Positions 38,489-51,262 are shown, counted from the whole stretch's first letter. The stretch: DNA of 63,686 nucleotides, filler included, from Rozella allomycis CSF55 (GCA_000442015.1; 10 parts of 10 records of this genome joined end to end with filler, not necessarily neighbours in it), one strand, 5' to 3'. Notes: generated by a model from the sequence alone, not told the origin. Made by a program: numbers and translations.

Positions 38489-39097
38489 ATGGAAAATAGG
38501 GCTCCAAGTGATTTATTGGCCAGAAATACACAGAGACTAGAGAATATTGATTGTCCTATGAGGGATCTCGAAAATAAAGATGTCCAGGAATGGGTCATTG
38601 ATTGGCTGATGAATAAACTTGGGCTGACACAGAAAACGTACTGGCATGGTGGAAATGTAGTGTTTTATTTTATTAATCAAATAGAGGTTGCAGAAAATTA
38701 GTGTATTGTTGGATTATATAGAGGTTTCAAAGGATAAAGATCAGAGGATTGGTATTCTGGATGCGATGAAAAATTCTACGGTTGATATTGAACCTTTACC
38801 GTCAGATTTATTGCTCTTGTCAAAGAATGCGTAAGAATTTGACGCTTGTTCAATAGTTCAACAGAAATTAATCATACAAATTTGGAAGATATAGACAACA
38901 TTGAACGCATAGAATCAATAGAGTTTCCTGATCTGCAACACTTGAATTCAATGCCAGAATTGCTGCAAAATTTGAACCATAAACTAAAACAAGCATCACC
39001 TTGGTTAAAATCATCAGGAATTCCGACATCAAGTGAAAACTACCCTGATCTTACAAACGTTTCAAAATACGTCAACTCCTTAAACATGTTTACATAA
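38489..39097 (+). CDS. Multi-exon protein of unknown function (weak HAUS7/augmin resemblance)
   Basis: ORFs 38489-38701 and 38846-39097 can be linked by short introns; RLENIDCP...VIDWLMNKL recalls HAUS7 KL..L.CP...LEW. Confidence 0.35.
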
Positions 39098-39107
39098 AAT
39101 TTATTAG

Positions 39108-39782
39108 TTAATCATCACCAGCATTCTTTAATTGATCATAATTAAACGAATGACGACTCTTTGTATTCGCAGCTTGTGACACTGATGCTTCCTTTTTCGT
39201 TACAAACTTTTTCATCGAGCCTGCCTTTGCATTAAACTTTTGCCAGCTCTGCTGCTTTTGGGCATGCTCCTTTTCTTTTGACTTGATATACGACATGTAC
39301 GTTGATTTTTTCTTCACGGTGCCTTGCTTCTTAGTATCAGCGTCTGGTGCAGCTGCTGCGACTGGATTCTTCTTTCGCTCCTCCTGCATTGCTTTTCGCC
39401 TTTCGAGGGCCTGTTTGGATAGTGGACGAATGTCTTTTGACGTTACGTTTTGTGTATCATCGTACCCGTTAAACAGAACAGTAAAAATGGACCGATCGGC
39501 CGCCATTGTCTGAATTGTAGCTTCGTACCATCTGCCATCCGCACTATACCTGGCTTCAATTATATCTCCTACTTTAAAGTCTGCATTCTTGATTTTCTTG
39601 TTTTCTTTAGGAACTGACGATGAGTTTTCCTTTGGTGCTGATGGTAATAGTTGTTTGGTTAATTCTATCACTTGTAATAAACTTGTTTTTAAATCTAATA
39701 ATTCTGCATTATCTGGATCAAGTTCTAGTGACTTTGATACTTGATCCAACTGGTATTTATAATTCTTGAGGTCTTCTTCCAT
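39108..39782 (-). CDS. SMNDC1: Tudor-domain splicing factor SPF30/SMNDC1
   Basis: DLKNYKYQLDQV..SLELDPDNAELLDLK, Tudor domain FKVGDIIEARYSADGRWYEATI, and KQQSWQKFNAK. Confidence 0.9.
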   Translation of the reverse strand: MEEDLKNYKYQLDQVSKSLELDPDNAELLDLKTSLLQVIELTKQLLPSAPKENSSSVPKENKKIKNADFKVGDIIEARYSADGRWYEATIQTMAADRSIFTVLFNGYDDTQNVTSKDIRPLSKQALERRKAMQEERKKNPVAAAAPDADTKKQGTVKKKSTYMSYIKSKEKEHAQKQQSWQKFNAKAGSMKKFVTKKEASVSQAANTKSRHSFNYDQLKNAGDD

Positions 39783-39854
39783 TCCCGAATTTTCTTATTG
39801 TCGTTCAAAAAGAAATAACCGATAGTAATGAAATAAATGCAAATCATGATTTTA

Positions 39855-41566
39855 TTAAAGCTTGCTAACGTGAGGTTGTTCTGTAATATTGATCAAGTTA
39901 TCGTAACAAAGAGTGGTGAGAAACTCATCATAATGATCGCCTTGAATTGTGGAAGAAAACAATCTTTTAGCCAAATCAAACTTGTTATTTGGTCTTTTTG
40001 GTAGTTTTGAAATTTCTTGTTCAATTAAGTGATTAATTAGTCCAGGAGTTACAATTTGGCCCTTGTCTGTTTTTACTTTATGTCTGACCCATTGCCATAA
40101 TTGGGATCTTGATATTTCAGCAGTAGCAGCGTCTTCCATTAAATTGAAGATAGGAACACATCCTTGTCCTCTTAACCAAGCTTCCATGTATTGGAGTCCA
40201 ACTGATATATTTGATCTCAAACCCTCTTCGGTTACATCACCTGGAACCTAGTGAAGGTTACCTTTAATGTTTACTCCCACGTTAAGTAAATCTTTTTGAG
40301 TAATTTGAACATCATCTCTTCTTTTAAAGATTTGATTCGGAAATGGCATATTTTCATCAAACACTCTTTTAGCGATTGGAACAAGGTCAGGATGAGCAAC
40401 CCATGTCCCATCATGACCTGCCTTGACTTCTCTTAATTTATCCATTTCAACTTTCTCCATTGCTTTTTTATTTGCTACAGGATCATTTTTAACTGGAATT
40501 TGAGCAGCCATTCCACCCATGGCGTGAACACCTCGTTTATGACAAGTCTTTATTAAAAGCTTTACATAGGAATCCATGAACGGACTCGTCATTGTAACAA
40601 GATTACGATCAGGAAGTATAAAATTTGGATTGTTTCTGAACTTCTTTATGGTAGAGAAAATGTAATCCCAACGACCACAATTAAGTCCTGAAGAATGTTC
40701 TTTCAATTCAAATAAAATTTCTTCCATTTCAAATGCGGCCATGATGGTTTCAATTAAGACTGTGGCTCTAATAGAACCTCGAGGTATTCTTAAGTAATCT
40801 TGTGATAAATTGAACACATCATTCCAAAGTCTATAATTTATCTCAATCCATTTTACCTGGCCTCCAAATGACTCTCCATCTTTGGCAAATAAAAGTATGG
40901 GCCAAACCCAGAGGAAATCAAGTTCTTTGCATTATGGAAAAAATAGAGCCCAAAATCAAATAGAGACGCAGAAATAGGTTCATTATTAACTAGGAAATGT
41001 TTCTCTTCCAAATGCCACCCTCTTGGCCGAACAAGCAATGTTGCTAATGAACCATCACTTTTCAATTTGTAAGATTTGCCATTTTCAGCAACAAAATCAA
41101 TGCAACGATTAATGGCATCACGTAAATTTATTTGACCTTCAATCATTACATTCCAAGTGGGTGAGCTTGAATCTATAATCAATTTGCCTCACGTATTACC
41201 CTCAAAGTCTGCCATAAACTGTGTAGCACCACTATTCATAGCATTGATAACCATTTTTCTTTCAGTGGGACCTATTTATACTTCAATTATAATTATCATA
41301 CCTGTGATTTCAACTCTCCTATCAACTAACCCAGGCGCTGGTGGTGCACATTTCCATGTTTCGTCTTGACGAATAGATTCAGTTTCACGAAGAAAGTTTG
41401 GAAAAATTCCACTGTCGATCTCATTTTGTCTTTTATGTCTATTCGCAAGTAACAATAATCTTCTATTGTTGAATGCCTTGTGGAGGATTCCTAGAAATCT
41501 CTGAGCGTCAATCGTTAAAACGGATTCCACGGCCTTATTGATGGGACCAAGAATAGTCGTATTCAT
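39855..41566 (-). CDS. MLS1: Malate synthase, peroxisomal (C-terminal SKL)
   Basis: [50 protein letters not shown] and [18 protein letters not shown]; ends HVSKL. Confidence 0.97.
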
Positions 41567-42054
41567 TTTGGAAATATCTAATCAGTAATGTCAAACTTTA
41601 AATCGAAATGGAAATTCTAAATAGAAAAATTAAGTGGCGATTCGGAGTTCAAATTAAGTTTATAAAAATCTAAACCATAAATGAATGAATAGTANCATAA
41701 CCATGATTATGATTTATGTGTAGGTTTAGTGTAATTGTAAACTCTATATACTCACTGGATGCAGGTCATAATTATCTTAATGACAACTGGTGGTATATTA
41801 GGACCCTTATTAGGACATTAATGTCCGTATTACCCTTATTTGGTCAGGTATGACAGACGGTACTTTGTGTTACCCGTTTTATAGTCTCAAGGGGAGTTTG
41901 AAAAGACTATTGGCATGTTGAGTTAATCGAATACTAGAACCATAAATGAATGAATAGTAATATGAACGCACGCAAAAAGGCCTGATATGTCATTCAATAT
42001 ATTTGGAAATCTTATTAAATTTTAGAGGCAATTGTACAACCTTTGACTTTATTT

Positions 42055-43835
42055 TTACATTATTACATAATCCCCGTTGATAACCCTTTTCTGAACGTTT
42101 TGCCAGTAAGGAAGAGGAGGAGCAACTCTTCGACCTGATTGAGAAATGTAGCAGTCTTCAATGCCTGGTCTGTTTTTAATTGGGGTATTCTAGTAAAGTA
42201 GATTACAGTTGATTACATGAGGTACAATTACATTAGTATTTCTGATGGGTTGTTTTTCCTCTTTATGATTTTCCATTGCTTTCTTTGTTTTAGCTCTACG
42301 ATTTAATGGCTCTACAGGTTTTTTGGCAACCGCTTCAATCTTCTTGGCCGTTCGTTTCGGTCTAGTTGGGAGTTTCTTTTGCATTGATTTCTCTTCTAAT
42401 TTCTTTTGAATTGATTTCTCTTCTGATTTCTTTTGGATTGCTTTCTTGCCTGATTTCTTTTTACTTAAAGTTGATTTTTTTGCTGCCTTTTTATTCTTAT
42501 TAATGTCTGGTCGTTCTATTTTATCAATTGGAATTGTGACTTCATCAAAAATTTCACAATCGTCGTAATTTTCATCTTTATTTGAATGTTCATTAAGAGA
42601 ATTAAAATAATCTTTTATAACATCTTTCCAATCCAAAGGAAATCCGTTGGTAAATTTCTTTATAAACATTTCGGAGAATTCTACTTCTGAATTGCAAAAT
42701 ATAAAATACCAGATTTCTCCATTTCCTCTTTATTTATTTTTCCCAACAATTTATAAATTTTTCCTGTGCATGTTTTCAAATGCATTGAATTGATTCTATC
42801 AACAATGTATGAGCTATGCCAAATCTAATGTTTACCCATGCAAATTTAAATACCAAAAAGTTTCCATCATCTCCAGTTTTTGTTCCTTCAATTAAAAACC
42901 AATATTTGCTTTCTTCTAAACTAACCCCTGTAAGCTAATAACTCAAGAAACCATTCAATTACTCTTGGCTCGTTATTTGTTACTAGAAAATACCAATCCG
43001 ATAAAGTTTCTGAAACATTTAATTCTTCCTTTTCTGAAATACTTAATTCTTTCCTTTCCTTTGAAACATTTATTTCTTCCTTTTCATCTTTATCATCAAC
43101 ACTTATTTCAGACTCCTCTGACGCTGAAAAATCAGAATCTGAAATACTCTGCCGCGTTTCAGTTTGACTTTTATCAATACTCTGAACACTCTTTTTAAAA
43201 TCTTTCAAAAACCCAATTTCTTCCTCTTCTGAATCTGAATCAAATAATCCTTTGAGTTTCTTCTTCTTTGTTGCCTTTTCTACAGAAGTACCGGGGCTAG
43301 TCAAAATTGGTGATGGCCGCCTCATACCAAAATTAAGCGTCTCTTGTGATAATGAATAATTAGATGTTTTGAAATCGCTACTATGAAGAGAATTGCAATT
43401 GTAATTCTCCTTGTAATTCTGTCTCGTCGGGGTTTTGTGTATCGCTTTTGGATACATCGGTGAAGGCTTTTTTATCAACACTGGGGATTCTTCAATAACT
43501 TGAGATTTATTTTCTTGACTGCTTGCGCTCCTTTTCGCCTCTCTATTCGGAGTCATTATCTTTGTCTGATTTCTTAGGGGCGAATGTTCAGTACTCAGCT
43601 CCTAGAATTCAAAAAAAATATTTTATGTTACTAGTAACATTTGCAAGTCTGATTTAGGCACTTTTGGGATAACTGAACGTCGTTTGATCTGGTAATCACT
43701 TTAAATAGAAATTACTTGGGTTGTTGGAGTGTTCAAAACATTTGATACTTTGGGAGGAACCGATCTAATTAAAGGCTCGTGCTTGGATGATTCTTGTGGG
43801 TGAAATTTCGGAGCTTCAAAGGGTAGAACAGGCAT
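42055..43835 (-). CDS. KNL2: KNL2/Mis18BP1-like CENP-A loading factor (SANTA domain + CENPC-k motif); start approximate
   Basis: TLSDWY...FLIEG...WHSSYIVDRINSMHLKTCTGKIYKLLGKIN...KKFTNGFPLDWKDVI is a SANTA domain; the last exon reads SQSGRRVAPPLPYWQN. Confidence 0.8.
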
Positions 43836-43953
43836 TAGAATTAATTCAACCCTGGTAAATTCAATACTTTGGATGTCAAATAAAATTAACACATGAAATC
43901 AATTTCTTTTCCCTTTGATAACTAATAGATTGTGAGTTTGACCCCTGCTGAAA

Positions 43954-44290
43954 ATGTCAACCACCATTTCCACAACAGCGACAACAACAGTAAACGAATC
44001 AAGTACTCTTGGAACTATTACAGTTTTGCCGCGTACGGATTCCAGAAGAGTTGTATTTGCAAGTGATACTGTGGATAATGAACATTTAAACAGAAAAAAG
44101 TCAAAAAGTAACAAAACCATTTTGACTCTAGTCTAGTATGCTGCATTTATCATAAAAGCCATAAAGATGGAGATTGCTCATCATCAGACACTTCGTCTGA
44201 ATCCGATTTAAGTGATTCAGGTCCAAATGCGTACGAAAGACAACCAAAACATGTAAGGAAACTTCAAAGTATTATAAATATTTATTTTTG
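43954..44290 (+). CDS. YPI1: PP1 inhibitor-3 (Ypi1/PPP1R11); 3' end approximate
   Basis: RRVVFASDTVDNEHLNRKKSK/CCIYHK...PNAYERQPK. Confidence 0.9.
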
Positions 44291-44324
44291 AATAAGAAAA
44301 GATGTCTGAAAATCGAAAAGATTC

Positions 44325-46075
44325 TCAAAAGAAAAGTGATCCCTTAACTGTGGAAGTAGATTCAGATTCACGCAACATATCCTTGTCAACCCAATGACCG
44401 TCTTCGATCATATCTTTTAATATTTGAGTTTTGTTTTCTGGAAATTCTTGCATCATGAATAAATAAAAACTTTCTAATAGCCGCTCCTTTTTAGATCGCT
44501 TCAAGTCCATGTATATTTTCCAGGCCAATGTTCGTTTCCCAAATTCTAACAAACGAGAAATTACGGCTTTTGCTATTTCAGGGCTGAAATCAGACAATTG
44601 AAATCCATCCATCAGTGCTGCCTTTTTGGCTTCAATTTTTGAATTAGTTTTGTACTTGATTGTTTCAAGGAATGCCATTATATCCTTTCATTTGTTTAAA
44701 TGATTATTACTTGCTTCTCATTTTTGGACAATAAGTCACATTCCTTTAAAGCCGCGTAGATTACAAGAACAAAGTTTTCTGCATTCGTTTCAGTCAAATT
44801 GACATTCTTCTTGGCGAAATCAACGAGAGAACGAAATAAATCTGTATTCCATGAAAGAATTCTACAAATATGATTTAAATTTGAAGAATCTAAAATAACT
44901 TTATGGTTTGAAAGATTTCTTAGAGAATAAAACAGACTTTCATGAAACGGATCATTAACAACGTGCCTTGAATATAAAACAGTCACGCCGTGGTTTCTAA
45001 AAGGCACAAAATTTGGAATCGCTTTTAAAATGTCTTTCGCNTGGTATCGATTTTAAAATATCTTTCGCCACAGCGTAATCAATTGATCTAGCGCAGAGTC
45101 TAACCAATTGACGTTGCATGCCAAACGTAATTTTATCTTCATTCGACAGTTTCTTTAAACATGCCAAAGCTAAAGAAGGCTATAACATGAAATTCAATCA
45201 ACTTACAAGATCAAATTCACATGCAAGAGATATCAAATTCTTGAAATCTTCACTCATAAACATTGAATGCTCTCTTTTCATTTCTGACATGAAAAACTCT
45301 AAAAGTTCTGGCATATTCGCCTTTACAGCAATTTCACTTAACATTAAAAACTTTCTTGAATCTAGCTTGATTCCTCTTCCATGGTAAGAGTTAACATTAC
45401 CTGATTGGATCATTTCTTCATAATACGATATACATCTTTCCTTTTGAAAACTTTTGGCGGCTTTATTGATTAAAATTTTATATAACTGAAAGGTTGGCTC
45501 CAATTGGAAAATGTCTCTCATTGCAATTAACAATTCTTCCAACTTTTCCAAAGTTAAAAATGGCGCAAACCTCTTTATTGTATATTAAACAATTTAGTTA
45601 CCGCCATACATATTTCAAATGTCATTGCATTAAATTCTCTCTTTTCTTCCATCATTTGTTTTAAAACCTCAATCACATTTTCAATTGATTTCGACTTTAT
45701 CAATTGCAAATTAGATTTATAAGAAGAGGCAACGTTTTCATCAAAATCATCAGCTTGAATGAGAAACTTTTTGTAATGAACTACAGCAGGCTGAGAGTAC
45801 TTTAAAATATCTTTCCCGCTAAACTTTGATTCTTTTTGAGAATTAAACATTGTGCCATAGTCTTTCAGTTTCGTTAAAAGTTTTCCAATAACCGTAACTC
45901 GCTCTCTCCTTGATTCATTTATTACAATTGGACTCGAAGTTTTAAGTTGATGCTCAATGCTACTTAATATTGTATTAAATCTATAGTAGCTGATAATTTT
46001 TATTACCTGGCATTTCCTTCATTGAACAATGCAATGCAACGATGCATATGGAAATTTGCAGAATGTAAAAATCCA
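44325..46075 (-). CDS. Multi-exon helical repeat protein, probably PPR-like (mitochondrial)
   Basis: Colinear ORFs with PPR-like units (EPTFQLYKILINKAAK...YYEEMIQSG; AWKIYMDLKR; ILKDMIEDG). Confidence 0.45.
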
Positions 46076-46164
46076 TTCTCATCAATTAAAATTAAAACGA
46101 CAAGGCAAAAAAGAATAATTGTTTTTAATTTTAAGTTACTTTTTTATTATAATATTTAATGTAT

Positions 46165-47016
46165 TTAACTGCTAGGACCGTATTGTTTCAAGATTGCATT
46201 TAAGAATCCATCAACACCTATTCAAACATTAATGAAATCATTACCAGGCAAATCAATATNCAATCCCAAATTGTGTTAGTATTGTTGGCAAATCTCCTTC
46301 TTGAAGGGCATGCTCCAAGAGTTGCACACTTTGGATAAACTGAGGGCTATTAAGATTCTCCTCCAGTTCTTTCTCAGTCTTTACAAATCCCTCGGGTAAA
46401 TATTCTAATAGCTTGTCTTGATACTTTTTGTTTTTGGCGATTGGAATTGTATTTTTTGGAGATAAAATCTTAGTCAATTGTCCTATAATCCTTCAATATT
46501 TTTGCTTACTGTTATTTCTTAAACTGGAATTACGAATCATATTCTGCAACATGTTTACTGCTTCGGAATTATCCAAACTATCAGAAGAACGCTTGTTGCT
46601 TGTGACAATTTCATTATCTTTATTGTCTTCCACTTCCTCCATTGACTCAATAGCAACGTTTCCTATAAATTTCAAGTTAAGAAAATACCTATTAATTCAT
46701 TAATTTTTGTGAATGTTTCTTCATCTTTGTCAACAAGTGGTTCTTGTATCCAAAAGAAATTCTTTTGATTTGAAGTTTGGAATTTTAACAGCCAGACTCT
46801 TCCTGTAGTACATTGTGGTACTTTAAATAGACAAGCGTCTTGGGGGAAAAGCAACAGATCGAGTTCTTTCTGCTCTTTATTTCTTTCTTTCCAAACCAAA
46901 TGAATAAGACTTTCTTCATCTTGTTCTATTATCAAAAAGCCTTTTCTTGGATCGGAAGTTACTATATTATTTTCATATTTGCAGATTCCTGCCTTGTATT
47001 GTAACAAAACAGTCAT
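46165..47016 (-). CDS. RPN13: Proteasome ubiquitin receptor Rpn13/ADRM1
   Basis: Pru domain YKAG...DPRKG...LIHLVWKER...KVPQCTTGRVWLLKF...FFWIQEP; C-terminal SPQFIQSVQLLEHAL. Confidence 0.92.
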
Positions 47017-47085
47017 TTCGTAAAATTCAAACAAAAATTTGAAAATGGCATTTAACATCAGTTTATTGCGAAAGGTAAGGAGACA

Positions 47086-47550
47086 TTAATAGTCATCTCC
47101 GTCTTGGTCATCACTTTCATCATCTCCATATCCCCCCTTTTCACACTTTCTACATTTTCTGCGTCTTCTTGGTGGACATGTTGGAGTGACAGTCATTGGT
47201 GGCAAAGTCTCAGTCTTTGTTACAGTTTCACATTGGAGAGTTGTAGTAATTGGACTCAATGTTTGGGTTTCCGTGATAGTATTCGTTCTAGTTTCACAAG
47301 TCTCGGTGATGGTATTGGTTTCACGTGGAAGAGTAGAGGTTTCAGTCAGCGTAGTAGTTTCAGTTCTTGACTCTGTGATTGGGGCCAAAGTTTCAGTCAC
47401 AGTAGATGTTTGCATAATGGTTTTGGTTTGTGACATTGTTTCGGTCATGGTCTTTCTTTTGCATCGACATTTGCCATCAATATCAAGAACAGATGGGGCA
47501 GCAAGCAAGTAAGAAGAGAGCGAAACGATTGTAAAGAAGATTGATTTCAT
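47086..47550 (-). CDS. Small secreted Thr-rich (mucin-like) protein with Cys/basic flanks and an acidic tail
   Basis: Signal peptide MKSIFFTIVSLSSYLLA-AP; repeated T.TET.TL.P units; CRCKRK and CPPRRRRKCRKC flanks. Confidence 0.7.
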   Translation of the reverse strand: MKSIFFTIVSLSSYLLAAPSVLDIDGKCRCKRKTMTETMSQTKTIMQTSTVTETLAPITESRTETTTLTETSTLPRETNTITETCETRTNTITETQTLSPITTTLQCETVTKTETLPPMTVTPTCPPRRRRKCRKCEKGGYGDDESDDQDGDDY

Positions 47551-47654
47551 GTTTGAATGAATGTGAGGTTTCAATGGATCTATATAACACCCAATGACAC
47601 TAATAATAATTGCTTTGGTAAATTAAAGTATTTAACAAAGTTTATTAAAATTTA

Positions 47655-49224
47655 TTACAAGATTCCTTGCCTTTGAAGGTCTTCATAAGTTTTCTTGTTG
47701 TACACATTTCCAGATTCATCTTCGAACTCTTCCATGTCTTCGGCGACAAAGTTTTCTTCTTTAGATTGCTTCTTTAATTTTTCCCATACTAAATAATGAT
47801 CTTCATTAACTGTTACAAGCTAAGGCTTCTTCAATCTTCACAATTTCATAAAAGTGTTTGCTGTTGGTGATGCCTAAACATTTAAGAGCATAAGTATGTC
47901 TCCATTCCTTTTAATGTACATTTATGAGAGTTACTGAAAAGTGCCTTTCAAAAGCCCTTCTGCCCATGTAAATGTAATTTCCACAAATTTCGCAAGGGAA
48001 TTGAAACCCAAGGCCATGAAGTTTGTAAAGCCAATATGGGATTGGTTTTCCGTCCCAACCAAGAGGCAACCCTTTATTTCATCAGAGAGAATTATTATTA
48101 CCTTTTGGATTATGAAGCTTCACATCTTCTTCTTCCTCCACTTCTTGTTCTTCTTCAATAACTTCTTCTTCCTCTTCCATATCCATCTTTAATTATAAGA
48201 ATCAATTCATTTTACTTCTCGTTCCTCAAAAGTTCTAGACTGTTTCCTTTCAATAAACGCTTTGGTGTCTTCAATAACTTCATGAAGCTCTTTAGCATAA
48301 AACGGCAGAAGAAATTCTTTAGCTGCAAAATCTTTTTCTTTTTGAATTTCTTCATTATACAATCTGTTTAAAGTTTCCTCTTTCTCTTCAATTGAAAGCT
48401 TTTTAGCGTCTAATTCAGCCTGAGCTTTCTTGTGCTTCTTTCCATTCAAATGAGAATCAAAAACTGAATTCTTAGAAAACAATTTAGAGCATGCCAAACA
48501 AAATAAATCTTTCGAAGTTTCATTTTGATAGTATTTTTCAAATTCTTCCAATCCAGAATTCTTGATTTGTTCAAAATTTATTAATGGTTTCGATTTTTTA
48601 AAGAATTCTTCAATGTAATCAGACAGATCGTTCACGTATCTTAAATTATCCACAATTTCCCTTTTTTACTTTACATAATCAGCGCCCTTCGGGAGTCCAT
48701 TTAAAATGTGAAATGAATCTAAATACTGCACATAATCCACCTTTTTAACGTCTTTAAAGTTATTAAAAACTAAATGGTGCATGTTCATATCCAAATATTT
48801 TCCAAATGATTCTTCTCCAGTAAACATTGTTTCAATATCTTTCACTCTCATTCTTTTGACGTCTTTCACTTCAAGCTCAAAGACATCTGCCAATTCATTT
48901 GGATTTCTTCTATGGAAATCTTTAATTTCTTTCAAACTACGATAGAACTCTGAAAGCTCAGAGGCTCCACTTATCATATCCATTTCTTGTCTCCTTTGTC
49001 CATCCTTATCATCATATGCGCAGATAATTTCCAAGCTGCGCGATTGAATTCTCTCCAAAACAGTTTTTACTTGATGTTCTTGCATTATTTTCTCCTTGTA
49101 CTACATTTAGCCAACAAAAATATAGTACTGTTTTTGCAGGATCCATAAATATATCAACAGCAAGTTTTTCAAGTCTCTCTATTTCTTCATGGCCATATCT
49201 TTGCTTCTCTAGAATAAAATCCAT
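47655..49224 (-). CDS. PRP9: U2 snRNP SF3a subunit Prp9/SF3A3
   Basis: [40 protein letters not shown]...[30 protein letters not shown] and [11 protein letters not shown]. Confidence 0.95.
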
Positions 49225-49245
49225 TCCGAAAATTCCTAAACAGAA

Positions 49246-49931
49246 ATGGTCCATACACCGTCGGTCACTGGCAGCACTGGGACAAAAAATGAACAGAATC
49301 AAATTCAAATGCCAAAAGATGCTCAGATTATTGCACTTTTACTCAAAAGTGTAGGTATAGATTCTTGTGAACCTGGCGTTATTCCACAGTTGCTGGAATT
49401 TTTGTATCGTATGATATCAACTCTCAAAAAATAAGGATATAGCACTGAAGTTTTGCAGGATGCTCAAATAATTGCCGACCACGCTGAAAGAGAAGATATT
49501 GAAGCCAAAGATGTTAGACTTGCCATTGCTCAAAAGGTTAATCATACATTCACACCTCCTCCAACAAGACAGGTAATTCAAAATTGATTTCTTTGTTTAG
49601 TTACTATTAGATTTGGCAGCTACCAGAAACGCCCAACCATTACCCGTCATTAACGAAAAACAAGGTATTCGATTACCGCCAGAAAGACATTGTCTGCTCT
49701 CATTAAATTATCAGGTAATACATGCTTATTTATTTTCATTAGGTTTTACCGAAGAAAGCTGAACCTTCAAAAATTAATCAGACTGCACCAACTAGAGCTT
49801 TGAATCCACCATCTGCTCTGCAGCACATAAGCCAACCTGCGCCCGTACCGATGAATGTAGTTCAGGCCATCAATTTTGCAGAAGAAGACGATTACGAAGA
49901 CGATGAAGGTGACATGGATGTTGATGATTAA
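49246..49931 (+). CDS. TAF9: TFIID subunit Taf9
   Basis: MPKDAQIIALLLKSVGI..EPGVIPQLLEFLY/RYSTEVLQDA...PPPTRQ...RNAQPLP...GIRLPPERHCL. Confidence 0.93.
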
Positions 49932-50209
49932 ATAAATTATAGTATTCCCATTATATTCACGACCGGAACTTTATTAGGTGTCATATTAAAATTTATAACT
50001 TATAGAAATACATAGTTTTAAAGGAACAAGATTTTCTCGTTTTATCATTTAATCTTCAATTGCACTTATGTTTTACTATTATTGGTCCATATCATTAAGA
50101 GTCTGAGACTGCGTCAAAATGTCAAACTCCCGAAGTGAACGACTTCAGATTTATATATTCATTTATTTCGTTTACTTACAATTCTGAAATTTGAAATTTC
50201 ATTTTTGCA

Positions 50210-50579
50210 ATGCTTGTACAATACATACTTTTAAGGGGTGATCTAAAATGGTCCCAGGGTGCTCTTATTGCACAAGCTTGTCACGCTTCCATAGCCTGCT
50301 TATTCAAATATAAGGATCATCCAAATGTTCTAAAATACACCAGTGACGAAAATTTAAATAGAATGCATAAAGTGGTGTTAAAAGTAGGTTCAGATATTAA
50401 CAGAAATAAAGGTTAAAGATGAGAATGAGCTTGAAGCTATTCATAAAACAATTTCAGACAAACATGATTGTTATTTGTGGCACGAACAGCCGGAAAACAT
50501 TCCTGTTTGTTTGGCTTGCTTGCCGTTAGAAAAGGATATCATACATCCATTGGTGAAGCATCTTCCGTTATTTAAATAA
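50210..50579 (+). CDS. PTRHD1: Peptidyl-tRNA hydrolase-domain protein PTRHD1
   Basis: MLVQYILLRGDLKWSQGALIAQACHAS, MHKVVLK, LWHEQPENIPVCLA and LPLFK. Confidence 0.9.
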
Positions 50580-50694
50580 ATTGTGCATTTCAATTGTTGT
50601 CAACTTGTCAGAGGAAAGAAAAAAGACCCAAGCGCGCACCCTATTAGGATTTTTGCAAAAAACACTATCTAATTATCGGTTTCACTTTCTATAT

Positions 50695-50900
50695 TGCTTG
50701 CAATGTTTCCTTTCACTTATCCATCATGTTTTTGAATAGCATTGAACTTCTAAATAGTGCCTAAAAAATCTCGTGTGTACAAGAGAGCCAAAAAATTTTT
50801 ACTTTGGAATCCGAAATCGTATGTACAAGAGGTTGCTGAACCACTTATGACTTAGGACTAATTTCACTAAACAAACTTTCTGTGATGAATTGGAAAAACT
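50695..50900 (+). pseudogene. Deleted, degenerate copy of the 51185-51460 gene start
   Basis: tgcttgc.atgtttcctttcactta, attgaacttc...agtgcctaaaaaatc and gtacaagagagcca.aaaa are shared with 51185-51460, with deletions. Confidence 0.6.
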
Positions 50901-51262
50901 GAAAATTATTGCAGACGATGAATCGATGACATGCTATGGCCTATGTGTCGCTCCATGCGCTTATAGTATCTTAATCCTCATAAATAATTTTAAAAGATAA
51001 ATGAGTAAAACGAATTTAGATTGAGAATGGATTATCTCAGTCTATGTATTGAATATGGTTCTTTCTATAAATAGTATACTCCTCTACGACACACCCTCCT
51101 ATTTGAATTTTTGTTAAAAAAAACTCAATTTTTTTATGCCCGAGGGCCGAGGTTGTATTTATTAGACAAAGAAACCAGTCTATATGCTTGCGATGTTTCC
51201 TTTCACTTAGAATGATTGACCATTTACGTGTCGATCAAGGTTTGCTTTGCCACTATTACTAA

